Shown here: in pieces, positions 29,060 through 39,494 of the stretch | Numbering within the stretch: position 1 is the first letter of the stretch | Layout of the letters: each line of letters opens with the position of its first letter | Assembly (NCBI GenBank): GCA_013288215.1 | Contig: JABDCI010000002.1 | Span: 14,226-78,225 of the forward strand | DNA from: Verrucomicrobiota bacterium | GTDB taxonomy: Bacteria > Verrucomicrobiota > Verrucomicrobiia > JABWAM01 | DNA length: 64,000 bases | Direction of reading: 5' to 3' | Made by a program: the position numbers and the translations under genes | Notes under the pieces: model-generated | What the model saw: only the letters and a program-made list of their open reading frames with translations | What the model was told of the DNA's origin: nothing | The model's database searches: none

Positions 29060-30544
29060 TCAGTTATCCGAATCGGGAGGTGCGTCTGGACGCAGGATGA
29101 CGAGGCTTCGGACGCCATCCTTGGAAACCTGCAGAAGGGACGCCTTTGAGGCATCACCCTTCTTCAGTAAATTCTTCAGATCCGCAACGGTGGTGATTCT
29201 TTTTCCGTCCACCTCGGTGATGACCATGCCGGCGACAAGGCCTGAACGGGCTGAAGGCGAATCTTCCTCCACTTCCGTGATGAGCAAACCCTGTTTTTCA
29301 GTGAGATTGTATTGTTCGGCAATTTCGCGCGTGACGGGCTGCACGGTAATTCCAAAGGATTGGTTCGCTTCCGAATGGGAGGACGGCGTGTGCGAAGCCA
29401 CCTGCTGTGTCGACGGCTGAAGGCCGGTTTTTACGTTCACGGCCATGGTTTTGCCGTCACGCATCACCGCAAGGCGCACCGTCTGGCCGATTTGCTTGTC
29501 GAGCACCTGCTTTTGAAGATCACGGGCGGAAGTCACCGGCGCACCGTCGATATTCGTGATGACGTCCCCAGGTTTCAAACCAGTGTTATAAGCGGGCGTT
29601 TCAGGACGAATGGCCATGACAAGGACACCTTGATTCACCCCCTTGATCAGTCCCTTGAACTCAGGCGCTTCGGAAAGCGTGCGGATATCGATCCCGATCC
29701 AGGGGCGCTCCACCTTCCCTTTGGTGATGAGCAGATTGCCAACTTTTTGAGCCAGTTTGATGGGAATGGCAAACCCGACGTTCGCGTTATAAAAATTGAA
29801 TCCTCCTCCACGCGTCTTAATCAAGGTATTGATCCCGATCACCCGCCCATCAATATCCAGGAGAGGGCCCCCGCTGTTTCCCGGATTGATCGTAGCCTGC
29901 GTCTGCAAATATTCCTCGTACACCGTCGCCCCGAGACGGTCGCGCACTTTGCCACTGAGAACACCCACGGTAACGGAATAATCGAGATTGAACGGCGCGC
30001 CGATGGCAATGGTCCACTCGCCGGGACGAATCGTGTCCGAGTCGCCGATGGCGGCCACAGGGAGATTCTTGGCATCGATCTTGACCACGGCCACGTCTGT
30101 CTTTTCATCAGGAATGCCAACGATCTGCGCATCGAAAGTGCGTCCATCTTTGAGCCTCACACGAATTTTGTCCGCGCCTTGAATGACATGATTATTGGTG
30201 AAAATATATCCGTCGGACCGCACAATGAACCCGGATCCCTGGCTTTCCCCGTAATCGCGTGGAGGAGCCGGCGTTTTGCCGGGTCCTTTATGAAAATATT
30301 CAAACGGATCGAGTTGTTCGTCAGGTCCCGTGGAGTCAGAGCTATCCGGACCACGCGTGACATTGATCACGACAACCGAGGGACTGACCTTTTCGGCAAC
30401 CTCTGCGAAGGTATTTCCAAGGGAGCGCGCGATTTCGTTGGGATCAGCACGCGGGGCGACAACCTTGTCGGGTGCGGCAGTGAGGGGCGCTGCGGCAAGG
30501 AGGCATGCGAATAAGAGGCCCCTGGACAAAGAAAAAAGATGCAT
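29060..30544 (-). CDS. htrA: periplasmic serine endoprotease DegP/HtrA (Do family) with two PDZ domains
   Basis: signal peptide; trypsin-fold triad contexts (TNNHV, DVAVVKI, GNSGGPLLDIDGRVIGINT); two PDZ-like segments. Confidence 0.9.
   Translation of the reverse strand: MHLFSLSRGLLFACLLAAAPLTAAPDKVVAPRADPNEIARSLGNTFAEVAEKVSPSVVVINVTRGPDSSDSTGPDEQLDPFEYFHKGPGKTPAPPRDYGESQGSGFIVRSDGYIFTNNHVIQGADKIRVRLKDGRTFDAQIVGIPDEKTDVAVVKIDAKNLPVAAIGDSDTIRPGEWTIAIGAPFNLDYSVTVGVLSGKVRDRLGATVYEEYLQTQATINPGNSGGPLLDIDGRVIGINTLIKTRGGGFNFYNANVGFAIPIKLAQKVGNLLITKGKVERPWIGIDIRTLSEAPEFKGLIKGVNQGVLVMAIRPETPAYNTGLKPGDVITNIDGAPVTSARDLQKQVLDKQIGQTVRLAVMRDGKTMAVNVKTGLQPSTQQVASHTPSSHSEANQSFGITVQPVTREIAEQYNLTEKQGLLITEVEEDSPSARSGLVAGMVITEVDGKRITTVADLKNLLKKGDASKASLLQVSKDGVRSLVILRPDAPPDSDN
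29062..29129. repeat. right copy of the 68-bp direct repeat (functional 3' end of degP/htrA)
   Basis: 66/68 identical to 27987-28054; encodes the last 22 codons of the 494-aa protease. Confidence 0.9.
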
Positions 30545-30601
30545 AAATTCAAAAAATCGGTTTGAAATAAGCTACGCTGGAAGAGGACAGGCAAAAATAT
30601 T

Positions 30602-31093
30602 GTGCTACTGAACATTGAGAAAATCAAGCGGTTGTGGGACAAGCTGCTGCATCAGGAAGCAACGCCGCACCAGATTGCGCTGGGTTTTTGTCTAGGACTC
30701 TTCGTCAGCTTTCTCCCCATTCCACCATTTCAGACAATCACCGCGCTCCTGCTTGCCTTCCTTTGCCGTTCCAACAAAGTTGCCTGTCTGATCGGTTTGC
30801 ACGTTCATCTTTTTCTTTTCCCAGTCGTGCCTTTCGTGTTTTTGGTGGAATACAAAATCGGCTATAGGATTTTGGATTGGCATCACCATCCCCATGTCGA
30901 CCCAACGCGCATGACCATCATGTACATCCTCCAAAAAGGCTGGCCGTTGCTGAAAGCCATGCTGCTCGGTTCCTGCATCCTTGGAATTCCTTCCTCTGTT
31001 CTTTCCTATCCTCTCGTGAGACGGGCCGCCGTCCATTGGCAGGAAAGCCGGCGCAAAGTGGGGAACCCAGACTCTACGCCCCCGATTACTTGA
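30602..31093 (+). CDS. DUF2062 family membrane protein
   Basis: 163 aa; [39 protein letters not shown] pattern as I recall for DUF2062. Confidence 0.55.
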   Translation: MLLNIEKIKRLWDKLLHQEATPHQIALGFCLGLFVSFLPIPPFQTITALLLAFLCRSNKVACLIGLHVHLFLFPVVPFVFLVEYKIGYRILDWHHHPHVDPTRMTIMYILQKGWPLLKAMLLGSCILGIPSSVLSYPLVRRAAVHWQESRRKVGNPDSTPPIT

Positions 31094-31979
31094 GCAACGC
31101 CGCAAGGGTTTTGCCCATATCGGAAGGCGTGGGCGAAATCGCGATACCCGCGTCACGCAAAGCTTTGATTTTCTCAGCCGCCGTCCCTTTGCCGCCGGAA
31201 ATAATCGCGCCCGCATGTCCCATCCGGCGTCCAGGAGGCGCGGTCGAACCCGCAATGAAAGCCGCGACGGGCTTTTTGCCGTGTTCTTTGATCCATCGTG
31301 CCGCTTCCTCTTCGGTTGTCCCGCCGATTTCGCCGATCATGATGATGGCATGCGTGTCGGGATCGTCGTTCAACATCTGGATCACTTCAAGATGGGACGT
31401 TCCGTTGACCGGATCGCCACCAATGCCAACGCAAGTGGACTGGCCGATGCCAAGTGACGTAAGCTGCCACACCGCTTCGTAAGTGAGAGTTCCAGAACGC
31501 GAGACCACTCCCACATTCCCTTTTTTGTGAATGTACCCGGGCATGATGCCGATTTTGCATCCACCCGTCGAATCCTTGCCACTGCCTGGAGTGATGATGC
31601 CAGGACAATTGGGTCCGATGAGGCGCGTCTTTTTGCCCTGCATGGCGCGCTTCACACGCACCATGTCATTCACAGGAATGCCTTCGGTGATGCAAACCAC
31701 AAGAGCCAATCCCGCCTCAACGCCTTCCAAGATCGCGTCCGCCGCGAAGGGAGCTGGCACGAACACGACAGAGACGGTTGCATGAGTTTCAGCAACGGCG
31801 TCCTGCACCGTGTTGAACACAGGAACCTTGCCTTCAAATTTTTCTCCGGCTTTGCCAGGAGTCACGCCAGCAACAATCTGCGTTCCATATTCCAGGCATT
31901 GATGCGCGTGGAAACCACCTGCCTTGCCGGTGATGCCTTGCACGAGGATGCGGGTGGAGGAATCGACGAGGATGCTCAC
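31086..31979 (-). CDS. sucD: succinate--CoA ligase subunit alpha
   Basis: [41 protein letters not shown]; GTG start overlapping the sucC stop (GTGA 31976-31979); the ORF-track 5' extension is not used. Confidence 0.92.
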   Translation of the reverse strand: MSILVDSSTRILVQGITGKAGGFHAHQCLEYGTQIVAGVTPGKAGEKFEGKVPVFNTVQDAVAETHATVSVVFVPAPFAADAILEGVEAGLALVVCITEGIPVNDMVRVKRAMQGKKTRLIGPNCPGIITPGSGKDSTGGCKIGIMPGYIHKKGNVGVVSRSGTLTYEAVWQLTSLGIGQSTCVGIGGDPVNGTSHLEVIQMLNDDPDTHAIIMIGEIGGTTEEEAARWIKEHGKKPVAAFIAGSTAPPGRRMGHAGAIISGGKGTAAEKIKALRDAGIAISPTPSDMGKTLAALLK

Positions 31980-33187
31980 TTCAAGCCTTTCACTGCGGCC
32001 ACGATTTTTTGCGCGGCATCGGAAAGCGATTCCGCCGGAATCACGTCGAGGCCGCTCTCGCGAATGATTTGCTGTCCAAGTTTCACATTCGTTCCTTCCA
32101 GCCGCACGACGAGAGGAATTTTCAAATTGACGTCCTTCACCGCAGCCAAAATACCTTCGGCGATGATGTCGCATTTCATGATCCCGCCAAAAATGTTCAC
32201 AAGAATGCCCTTCACATGAGGGTCTTTCAGGATGATCTTAAACGCCGCCGCGACCTGCTCCTTCGAGGCACCGCCGCCCACATCCAGGAAGTTCGCCGGA
32301 GATCCGCCGAAGTGCTGGATGATGTCCATCGTCGACATGGCGAGGCCCGCGCCGTTGACCATGCATGCGATATTGCCATCAAGCTTGATGTAATTGAGAT
32401 TGAACTTGGATGCCTCCACCTCCAGGGGGGCTTCCTCGGAGAGGTCCCGCATTTCCTGGATCTCGGGATGGCGATAAAGCGCGTTGTCATCAAGATTGAT
32501 CTTTCCGTCCAAGGCCATCAAGTGCGTCGTGCCATCGCTTCCTTCCGAAAGGATCAATGGATTAATTTCCACAAGTGATGCGTCACACTCCCAAAATGTT
32601 TTATAAACGCCTTGCATCAATTTGACAGCCTGCTGGATGCGCTCGCCGTCCAACCCGAGGCGGCTTGCCAGATTTCGAGCTTGATAAGGCATCATGCCCA
32701 CCGCCGGATCAATGGGCTGCTTGAGAATTTTTTCCGGAGTCTTTTTCGCGACTTCCTCGATATCCATGCCGCCTTCCGTTGAAGCCATCATCACGGGGAC
32801 GGAGAGCTGACGATCCAGAAGGATGGAAAGATAATATTCTTTTTTGATTTTCGAGCCGATTTCGATCAGAAGCTTGCGGACGATTCGCCCCTCCGCTCCG
32901 GTTTGTTTGGTGACGAGGGTTTTGCCAAGCATCTGCTCCGCCACGCGCGTCACGTCTGCAGGCGATTTACAAAGTTGAACACCACCCTGGAAACCCTCCT
33001 TGAACGTTCCTTTTCCCCGGCCTCCAGCGTGGATTTGCGATTTCACCACAACGAAGGAAACCCCGTCTTCAAACAATCGGGCTGCAGCTGCGGCGGCCTC
33101 ACCCACGGTGGACGCCATGATTCCCTTGGGAACAGGAACACCGTAACGGCGGAAAAGCTCCTTGGCCTGAAATTCGTGAATATTCAT
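31976..33187 (-). CDS. sucC: succinate--CoA ligase subunit beta (ADP-forming)
   Basis: 403 aa; [23 protein letters not shown]-grasp and ligase-CoA blocks. Confidence 0.93.
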   Translation of the reverse strand: MNIHEFQAKELFRRYGVPVPKGIMASTVGEAAAAAARLFEDGVSFVVVKSQIHAGGRGKGTFKEGFQGGVQLCKSPADVTRVAEQMLGKTLVTKQTGAEGRIVRKLLIEIGSKIKKEYYLSILLDRQLSVPVMMASTEGGMDIEEVAKKTPEKILKQPIDPAVGMMPYQARNLASRLGLDGERIQQAVKLMQGVYKTFWECDASLVEINPLILSEGSDGTTHLMALDGKINLDDNALYRHPEIQEMRDLSEEAPLEVEASKFNLNYIKLDGNIACMVNGAGLAMSTMDIIQHFGGSPANFLDVGGGASKEQVAAAFKIILKDPHVKGILVNIFGGIMKCDIIAEGILAAVKDVNLKIPLVVRLEGTNVKLGQQIIRESGLDVIPAESLSDAAQKIVAAVKGLK

Positions 33188-33200
33188 GCACCAAGGTCTT

Positions 33201-34328
33201 TCATGACCTTTGTTCGACGGGCACGAATTTTAAATCAGCCAAGCCGCGATATTCGCATTGCGGACGGATCAGACGGTTGTCCGCAAGTTGCTCAAGCACG
33301 TGGGCGGTCCAACCCGCAGTGCGTGCGATCGCGAAAATGGGTGTGAAAAGATCGGTCGGAATTCCCATCGAATAGTAGACCGTTGCCGAATAGAAATCGA
33401 CGTTTGCGTTGAGCCCCTTTTCTTTCTTCATGATGTCGGCAATGCGCTCGCTTAACTGGATCCACTTTGGCTCGCCGAGTTTCACGCTCAGTTTTTGAGC
33501 CATCGCCTTGAGGTGGGGGGCCCGTGGATCGAGCGTTTTATAAATGCGATGCCCAATCCCCATGATCTTTTTCTTCTGCAGAAGGCATTCGTGAATATAG
33601 GAATCGACGTGTTCGAGTGTATCGATCTCCTTTAACATCTTGATCACGCCCTCGTTGGCGCCTCCGTGCAGCGGGCCTTTCAGCGTGCCGATGGCCGAAG
33701 TGATCGCCGAATACATGTCAGAAAGCGTCGCGATCGTCACACGGGCGGAAAAGGTCGAAGCATTCATGCCGTGGTCGGCATGGAGGACATAGCACATATC
33801 CATCGTATGAACCATCTCCTGGCTCGGTTCTTCGCCATTCAGGAGATAAAGAAAATTGGCGGCTTCTCCCATCGTCTTCGAGGACGGGAGTATCGGAAGC
33901 CCTTTGCGCACACGATGGAAGCATGCGGTGATAAGGGGGATCTTCGCGATGAGTTTGATCGCCTTCTGCCGGTTGTGATCCATCGAATCGTCATCTGCTT
34001 CAGGATCGTAGCAGCCCAGCGCGGACACAGCGGTGCGGATCACATGCATCGGGGCAGCCGTCTTCGGCATCTTCTTGATCAAATCCAAGATGCCCTGGGG
34101 AAGATCGCGTTCAACAACCAGCTTTGCTTTGAACTCGGCGAGCTCTTTGGCATTGGGCAAATGCCCGTAATGCAGAAGATGGACCACCTCCTCATACGAA
34201 GCGCGTCCGGCGAGTTCATTGATATTGTAACCGTTGTAAATCAGCACGCCGAGCTCACCCTGGACGTCGCTCAATCGCGTGGTTCCCACCACCACCCCTT
34301 CGAGTCCTTTATTCACAGTGGCATTCAT
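33201..34328 (-). CDS. gltA: citrate synthase (small, ~375-aa type)
   Basis: [43 protein letters not shown]. Confidence 0.9.
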   Translation of the reverse strand: MNATVNKGLEGVVVGTTRLSDVQGELGVLIYNGYNINELAGRASYEEVVHLLHYGHLPNAKELAEFKAKLVVERDLPQGILDLIKKMPKTAAPMHVIRTAVSALGCYDPEADDDSMDHNRQKAIKLIAKIPLITACFHRVRKGLPILPSSKTMGEAANFLYLLNGEEPSQEMVHTMDMCYVLHADHGMNASTFSARVTIATLSDMYSAITSAIGTLKGPLHGGANEGVIKMLKEIDTLEHVDSYIHECLLQKKKIMGIGHRIYKTLDPRAPHLKAMAQKLSVKLGEPKWIQLSERIADIMKKEKGLNANVDFYSATVYYSMGIPTDLFTPIFAIARTAGWTAHVLEQLADNRLIRPQCEYRGLADLKFVPVEQRS

Positions 34329-34531
34329 AGCATAAATCTTTCTGGGAAAGTTTCAGTGTGGAAAAATGCGGGAATCGGGTCAATCCAGAAAGCAAAAGGA
34401 TGAGGATGATTTCTCTTTTTTCGGGAACGTCTCGAAAATGTTGGGTTGAAGCGAATTTTTGAGATATGCCAAGCTCAAGCATGCTGCCATATAGGATCTT
34501 GAGTTCCAGGTTTTGCCAGATCCCACGCCCC

Positions 34532-35530
34532 ATGACACGCCTCTTGATCGTTCTATCCGCACTCTGGATGGGAGCGGGAGTCCTGGACGCAGAGGAAAGT
34601 GGGGTCTTCAACACCGTTCGCGTCGAAGGCCAAAATTATATCAATCTTTCCGACTTTATGAGGTATTACCGCCTCACATCGCTCACCCACCAAAATCTTG
34701 ATGTCACGGTGCGTTCCAAGACACGCCGCATCCAGTTTCGGATCAACAGCCGCGAATGCATCGTCAACGGCATTCGAATCTGGCTCAATGAGGCTCCCAT
34801 TGACTTTCGCAACAGTATCCTATTGCCTGATGTTGACGTGCGAAAAAGCGTCGATCCTATTTTTCGCGCCTCCTCTGTTCCGAAACATGAAGTCCGGTCC
34901 ATTATGATCGATCCCGGTCACGGGGGTGAAGATCAGGGCACGCTCGGCTATCACAACACGCAGGAAAAACGTTTCACACTCGACATGGCTGCCCGGGTGG
35001 AACGCTGTCTGCGCAAGGAAGGATTCAAAACACTCATGACGCGGCGCGACGACACGTTTGTCTCGCTGGAGGACCGCTCCGAAATGACCAACTCCAGCGA
35101 CGCGGACATTTTCGTGAGCCTGCACTTCAACTCAGCCAGCCCCAACACGACAGCTCGCGGCATTGAAACCTATTGCCTGACGCCGATGGGACTGAGCTCC
35201 ACAGGATCCATCCGGCACCGGTTTGGCATCGGAGATTTTGGCGAGGAACCGGGCAATCGCTTCGATGCGCACAACATGTTGCTCGCCTATCTCGTTCAGC
35301 AAAGCATCCTCAAGGCGTTGCCTACCACGGAAGATCGTGGCGTCAAGCGGGCGCGCTTTTTTGTGATCAAAGCAACAGAACGCCCTGCGATTCTCGTGGA
35401 GAACGGTTTTCTGTCAAATCCCGCCGAGGAAAAGCTGATCCAATCTGCCGCCTATCGCGACAAACTCGCCGCAGCCATCGCTGCCGGCGTGAAGAAATTT
35501 GCCGGCATCATGGGCCGGGAAAATTCGTAG
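34532..35530 (+). CDS. amiC: N-acetylmuramoyl-L-alanine amidase (Amidase_3, AmiC-like) with N-terminal AMIN-like domain
   Basis: signal peptide MTRLLIVLSALWMGAGVLDA; IMIDPGHGGEDQGT, ADIFVSLHFNS, ILVENGFLSNPAEE. Confidence 0.85.
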   Translation: MTRLLIVLSALWMGAGVLDAEESGVFNTVRVEGQNYINLSDFMRYYRLTSLTHQNLDVTVRSKTRRIQFRINSRECIVNGIRIWLNEAPIDFRNSILLPDVDVRKSVDPIFRASSVPKHEVRSIMIDPGHGGEDQGTLGYHNTQEKRFTLDMAARVERCLRKEGFKTLMTRRDDTFVSLEDRSEMTNSSDADIFVSLHFNSASPNTTARGIETYCLTPMGLSSTGSIRHRFGIGDFGEEPGNRFDAHNMLLAYLVQQSILKALPTTEDRGVKRARFFVIKATERPAILVENGFLSNPAEEKLIQSAAYRDKLAAAIAAGVKKFAGIMGRENS

Positions 35531-36122
35531 AATCACCGAGTGCATCGAGGATCCGTTTGGCCTTTTCCTCCGCCAATTTTGCCTGGGAAGTGCCGGGATA
35601 GCGTCGTTGAACCTCATGAAGGCCGTCGAGCGCCGCTCGAGGATCATAATTGGATTTAACGAGCAGATCGGCCAGCCGACATTGAATGAGCGTGAACGCT
35701 TCACACGACTGAGCGAATGCAAGGGCGCTGCGAAGCTGCGCCACGGCAGCGGGATAGTTTTCGAAATGCGCAACCTGCAATTCGGCGATTCGCAAATAAG
35801 GCGTGAGTTGGGAAGGGTCCTCGGCCTTGTAGGCTTCATAGGCATCGACGGCTTCGACGTAGAGGCCTTGCTTCACCCGGGCTTCGGCAATGCTATATTC
35901 GCGATAAACGATGCAGCTGTCCGCCGACGGTGAGTAGAGCCCAACCACCAGGCTGCCAAAAAGGCCCGCAAGGGGCGGCCCCCAAACGAGGCCGAGAAAA
36001 AGACAGAGAAAAATGCCGGCGAGAAGACCGACTCCTTCAAGCCGCGAAAGAACCGCCAAAATGCCCCATGTCATCAGGATGCGAATTCCAAGCACGGTCA
36101 TCGGTTGCAGATTGAATCGCAT
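35508..36122 (-). CDS. small membrane-anchored TPR-like protein
   Basis: 204 aa from ATG 36122; two N-terminal TM helices, then TPR-like helical repeats (GLYVEAVDAYEAY..., AELQVAHFENYPAAVAQLRSALAF); it is the only credible part of the 746-aa ORF-track entry. Confidence 0.5.
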   Translation of the reverse strand: MRFNLQPMTVLGIRILMTWGILAVLSRLEGVGLLAGIFLCLFLGLVWGPPLAGLFGSLVVGLYSPSADSCIVYREYSIAEARVKQGLYVEAVDAYEAYKAEDPSQLTPYLRIAELQVAHFENYPAAVAQLRSALAFAQSCEAFTLIQCRLADLLVKSNYDPRAALDGLHEVQRRYPGTSQAKLAEEKAKRILDALGDSTNFPGP

Positions 36123-36230
36123 CGTTGGACGTGCCAATGATTGACAAGACCCTCCCATCATCCTACTGCTTGACTTGCAAAAAGCACGCAGGAATTGGCC
36201 TGCATTTACTCGATTCAAAGCTGCTTTCCA

Positions 36231-37088
36231 ATGGATCTCGACTATATCGGAGCCCACATGTCGATGGCGGGCGGCTACGTCAAGGCGTGGGAACGCGCTG
36301 TGGACGCAGGCTGCCAGGCGTTGCAGATTTTTACCAAAAACAACTTCCAGTGGGAGGCCTCCGAGATCGTCAAAAAAGCAGCCGATCTGTTCCGCGAACG
36401 CACCAAGCTTCTCAAATTGCCCGTCTGCGGCCATGCCGGCTATCTCATCAACCTTGGCGCTGTGGGCAACGAGACCGCCAAGCGTTCTCTCACAGCTCTT
36501 GCCGATGAGCTCGAGCGTGCCGAATTCCTCGGGTTGCCCTTTCTGGTTCTTCATCCTGGAAACCACATGGGCGCGGGCGAGAAGGCGGCCATTCACACCA
36601 TTTCGCAAAATCTCAAGTCGATCCTGAAAAAATCTCGGGCTAAAAAAGTGAAAATCGCCCTGGAAACGACGGCAGGACAGGGCACGTCGATCGGCCACCG
36701 CTTCGAGCACCTCGCCGAGATCTATGACCAGGTGGGCATGCCTTCGCGTATCGGCTTTTGCGTTGATACCTGCCATATCTTTGCCGCTGGTTACGATATT
36801 TCGACAGCTCGGGGCCTTGCCAATACGCTGAAGGAATTCGACCGCCTTCTGGGGCTTGAAAAAATTCTCAGCTTCCACTTCAACGATTCCAAGACAGGTC
36901 TTGGCAGTCGCGTTGACCGTCATGAGCACATCGGCAAGGGCCACATCGGCATCGAACCGTTTAAAGAGATCCTGAATACCCGCGCCTTTGCGAAAATCCC
37001 AAAGATCCTCGAAACCCCGAAAGGTCCCCAGAATCGCGAGGACGTCACAAACCTGAAAGTATTGCGTGTGCTGATCCGAAACGGGTAG
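36231..37088 (+). CDS. nfo: deoxyribonuclease IV (AP endonuclease family 2)
   Basis: IGAHMSMAGGY, LVLHPGNHMG, ALETTAGQGTSIG, FCVDTCHIFAAGYD, HFNDSK...DRHEHIGKG. Confidence 0.88.
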   Translation: MDLDYIGAHMSMAGGYVKAWERAVDAGCQALQIFTKNNFQWEASEIVKKAADLFRERTKLLKLPVCGHAGYLINLGAVGNETAKRSLTALADELERAEFLGLPFLVLHPGNHMGAGEKAAIHTISQNLKSILKKSRAKKVKIALETTAGQGTSIGHRFEHLAEIYDQVGMPSRIGFCVDTCHIFAAGYDISTARGLANTLKEFDRLLGLEKILSFHFNDSKTGLGSRVDRHEHIGKGHIGIEPFKEILNTRAFAKIPKILETPKGPQNREDVTNLKVLRVLIRNG

Positions 37089-37106
37089 AATTTCCTCCCA
37101 GCGCCC

Positions 37107-37682
37107 ATGAAGAACATTGTCTATTTTGACCTGGAGACGCAGAAGAGCTTCGATGAAGTCGGCGGCCGTTCCCCGGAACACTTCCGTCAACTTCGGCTTT
37201 CCGTGGGAGTCACCTACTCCTGTCGCGATGAGGAATACCGCATCTTCCACGAAAACAATGCCCATGAAATGATTCAGCAGCTCATGCGCGCGGACCTTGT
37301 CGTGGGGCACAACATCCTGAGCTTCGACTACAAGGTTCTCTCGGCATACACCGCGTTCGATCTCGACCAAATTCCCACACTCGACACGCTTGTTGAAATC
37401 GAAAAGGTCCTCAAGCATCGTCTTAGCCTCGACGCGATCGCCAAAGCGACGCTGGGCAATTCCAAAATCGCCGACGGCATGGACGCCATCAAGTGGTGGC
37501 GCCTCGGCGGACCGGAAAACCTCCTCAAAATCGCGGAATATTGCTGCTATGACGTCAAAATCACCAAGTTGATTCATGAATATGGCTGCCGCCACGGCGA
37601 GCTCTATTACCATGATCGATTCGGACAAAAGCGCGTCGTGAAGGTGGCGTGGCAAGACGTCCAGCTTTTGGCGCCGGCATGA
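37107..37682 (+). CDS. RNase H-fold DEDDy 3'-5' exonuclease family protein
   Basis: ExoI YFDLETQ, ExoII GHNILSFDYKVL, ExoIII YCCYDVKIT; 191 aa. Confidence 0.6.
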   Translation: MKNIVYFDLETQKSFDEVGGRSPEHFRQLRLSVGVTYSCRDEEYRIFHENNAHEMIQQLMRADLVVGHNILSFDYKVLSAYTAFDLDQIPTLDTLVEIEKVLKHRLSLDAIAKATLGNSKIADGMDAIKWWRLGGPENLLKIAEYCCYDVKITKLIHEYGCRHGELYYHDRFGQKRVVKVAWQDVQLLAPA

Positions 37683-39493
37683 AGGTGCTTCGCCGACGCG
37701 TCCGCGTTCCATCGTTGCGTTTGCGGCTTTTCCCTCCGCTCTCAACATCCACGGCGAGCGAACATTGGGCGCTTCTAGGACGTTTGACGCGCGTCTTCCA
37801 CTCGGAGCTCAATCCCAAGTTGATCCTCAAGCTTGCCCTCACGGATACCGTTCGCATGATGCGGGCGACGTCGGGTTCCGTGGCGCTCATCAATCCGGAA
37901 ACTGGCCAGCTGGAGATCGAGGCCTCCGTCGGTTTGAGCGCGCGTGGCCGCGGATTGAAGTTGGAAATCGGCAAGGGAATCACGGGCTGGGTCGCGCTTC
38001 AGGGAAAGCCTGCCCGTGTCGATGACGTGCGTTCGGATCCGCGCTATGTGGCGGCGCGCAGCAACATCCGCTCGGAACTCGCTGTTCCTCTCATCCAGCA
38101 ATCGCCCTTCCTCAAGGAAGAAGAAGCGGAACTCATCGGTGTGCTCAACGTCGACAGTGTGACGGCCAGCGCCTTCAGCCGTGAAGACGAGGAGCTCCTG
38201 CACGCCGTCGCACGCCAGATCAGCAGCCTCATTCATAGTGCGTGGCTCTACGATCAGGCGCAACGCCGGGCCAAGCAGCTCGACGCACTGCTGACACTCA
38301 GCCAGGTCATCACGCAAATCGAAACGCTCCCGGAGGTGCTCGACGCCGTCGTCAAAGGCGCTTGCCCTCTCATGAGCACTGCGTTCGCAGCGGTGATGTT
38401 GCTCGACCCGCAGGGCGAAACGCTCTCCTGGAGCGCCCTTTCACACGGACACCCTCCGCGCACGCCCCTTCTCGTCGAGGACAGCCAGCATGGCGCGGTG
38501 GTTCGCCGCAAAAAAACCGTTTCGGTTTACGAGATCGAAAAATCCGACCCTGTTTTCTTTTCCGTGCTTCCGCGTCGGCCCCGCCTCGCCTCCATGCTCT
38601 CAGTTCCGCTCCTTTCCGGCGAGCGCGTTCTCGGCATCCTCGCGCTTTGCACCCAGCGTCTGCACCGTTTTTCCAACGACGAAATCCAGATTGCACAAAC
38701 GCTCGCAAACCAGGCTGCTCTTGCGATCCAGCGTTGTCATCTTTCCGCACGGCTCGTATCCACCGAGGAGGAATTGCGGCAGGGCGAACGGCTTTCCGCC
38801 ATCGGCCTCCTCGCGGCGGAAGTCGCCCATGAGATCCGCAATCCATTGACGGTCATCAAAATGCTCACCCATAATCTCGAGCGCGAGATCCCCGAGAACG
38901 ATCCAAGTCGCAAGGATTTTGAGGTTCTGGCGCGCAAGATGGAACAGATGAACCACACCGTCGAACGCGTCCTCGGATTGGCCCGGAGCAGTGAACCGAA
39001 TTTCGAAATTCTGCCCCTCAGTCCGCTCATCGAGGACCTCGTCCTGCTCATTCGCCACAAACTTGCGAACCAAAAAGTGCGGCTCAAACTCAAAACATCC
39101 AGCGAATCTCCGTTTGTCCGCGCGGACCGCGCGCAAATGGAGCAGGCCCTTCTCAATCTGGTGCTCAATGCGCTGCAGGCGATGCCGGATGGCGGCACGC
39201 TCCGGATCACGAGCGGAGCCATCGCCGCCTCCGACAAGGCACCCGCATCCCTTTGGATCGAAATTCGAGATTCTGGATTTGGAATGACCTCCTCGCAGCA
39301 GTTCAACTTATTCGAACCCTTTCTCACCTCCAAACGAACAGGAACCGGTCTGGGGATGGCGATCGTCAACAAGATCGTCCATGCCCATAGTGGCACACTG
39401 ACGGTCCGCTCGAAAGCCAAGCGCGGAACGGCCGTGCGGATCACACTGCCAACAGCCCTTCCCCTCCCTGGATTAGGGCCATTGGAAGCATAA
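37679..39493 (+). CDS. cytoplasmic sensor histidine kinase with two GAF domains
   Basis: two GAF-like segments; H-box AEVAHEIRNPLT; N, G1 and G2 boxes (LNLVLNALQAMP, IRDSGFGM, GTGLGMAIV); ATG overlaps the upstream stop (ATGA 37679-37682); no TM segments. Confidence 0.85.
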   Translation: MKVLRRRVRVPSLRLRLFPPLSTSTASEHWALLGRLTRVFHSELNPKLILKLALTDTVRMMRATSGSVALINPETGQLEIEASVGLSARGRGLKLEIGKGITGWVALQGKPARVDDVRSDPRYVAARSNIRSELAVPLIQQSPFLKEEEAELIGVLNVDSVTASAFSREDEELLHAVARQISSLIHSAWLYDQAQRRAKQLDALLTLSQVITQIETLPEVLDAVVKGACPLMSTAFAAVMLLDPQGETLSWSALSHGHPPRTPLLVEDSQHGAVVRRKKTVSVYEIEKSDPVFFSVLPRRPRLASMLSVPLLSGERVLGILALCTQRLHRFSNDEIQIAQTLANQAALAIQRCHLSARLVSTEEELRQGERLSAIGLLAAEVAHEIRNPLTVIKMLTHNLEREIPENDPSRKDFEVLARKMEQMNHTVERVLGLARSSEPNFEILPLSPLIEDLVLLIRHKLANQKVRLKLKTSSESPFVRADRAQMEQALLNLVLNALQAMPDGGTLRITSGAIAASDKAPASLWIEIRDSGFGMTSSQQFNLFEPFLTSKRTGTGLGMAIVNKIVHAHSGTLTVRSKAKRGTAVRITLPTALPLPGLGPLEA

Positions 39494-39494
39494 A

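Noticed and set aside
36123-37748. Upper ~540 aa of the 746-aa minus-strand ORF (35508-37748)
   Set aside because: This part is antisense to nfo and the DEDDy exonuclease gene, both of which have clear motifs. Only the last 204 codons (35508-36122), which contain TM and TPR-like features and lie in a gene-free interval, are credible.
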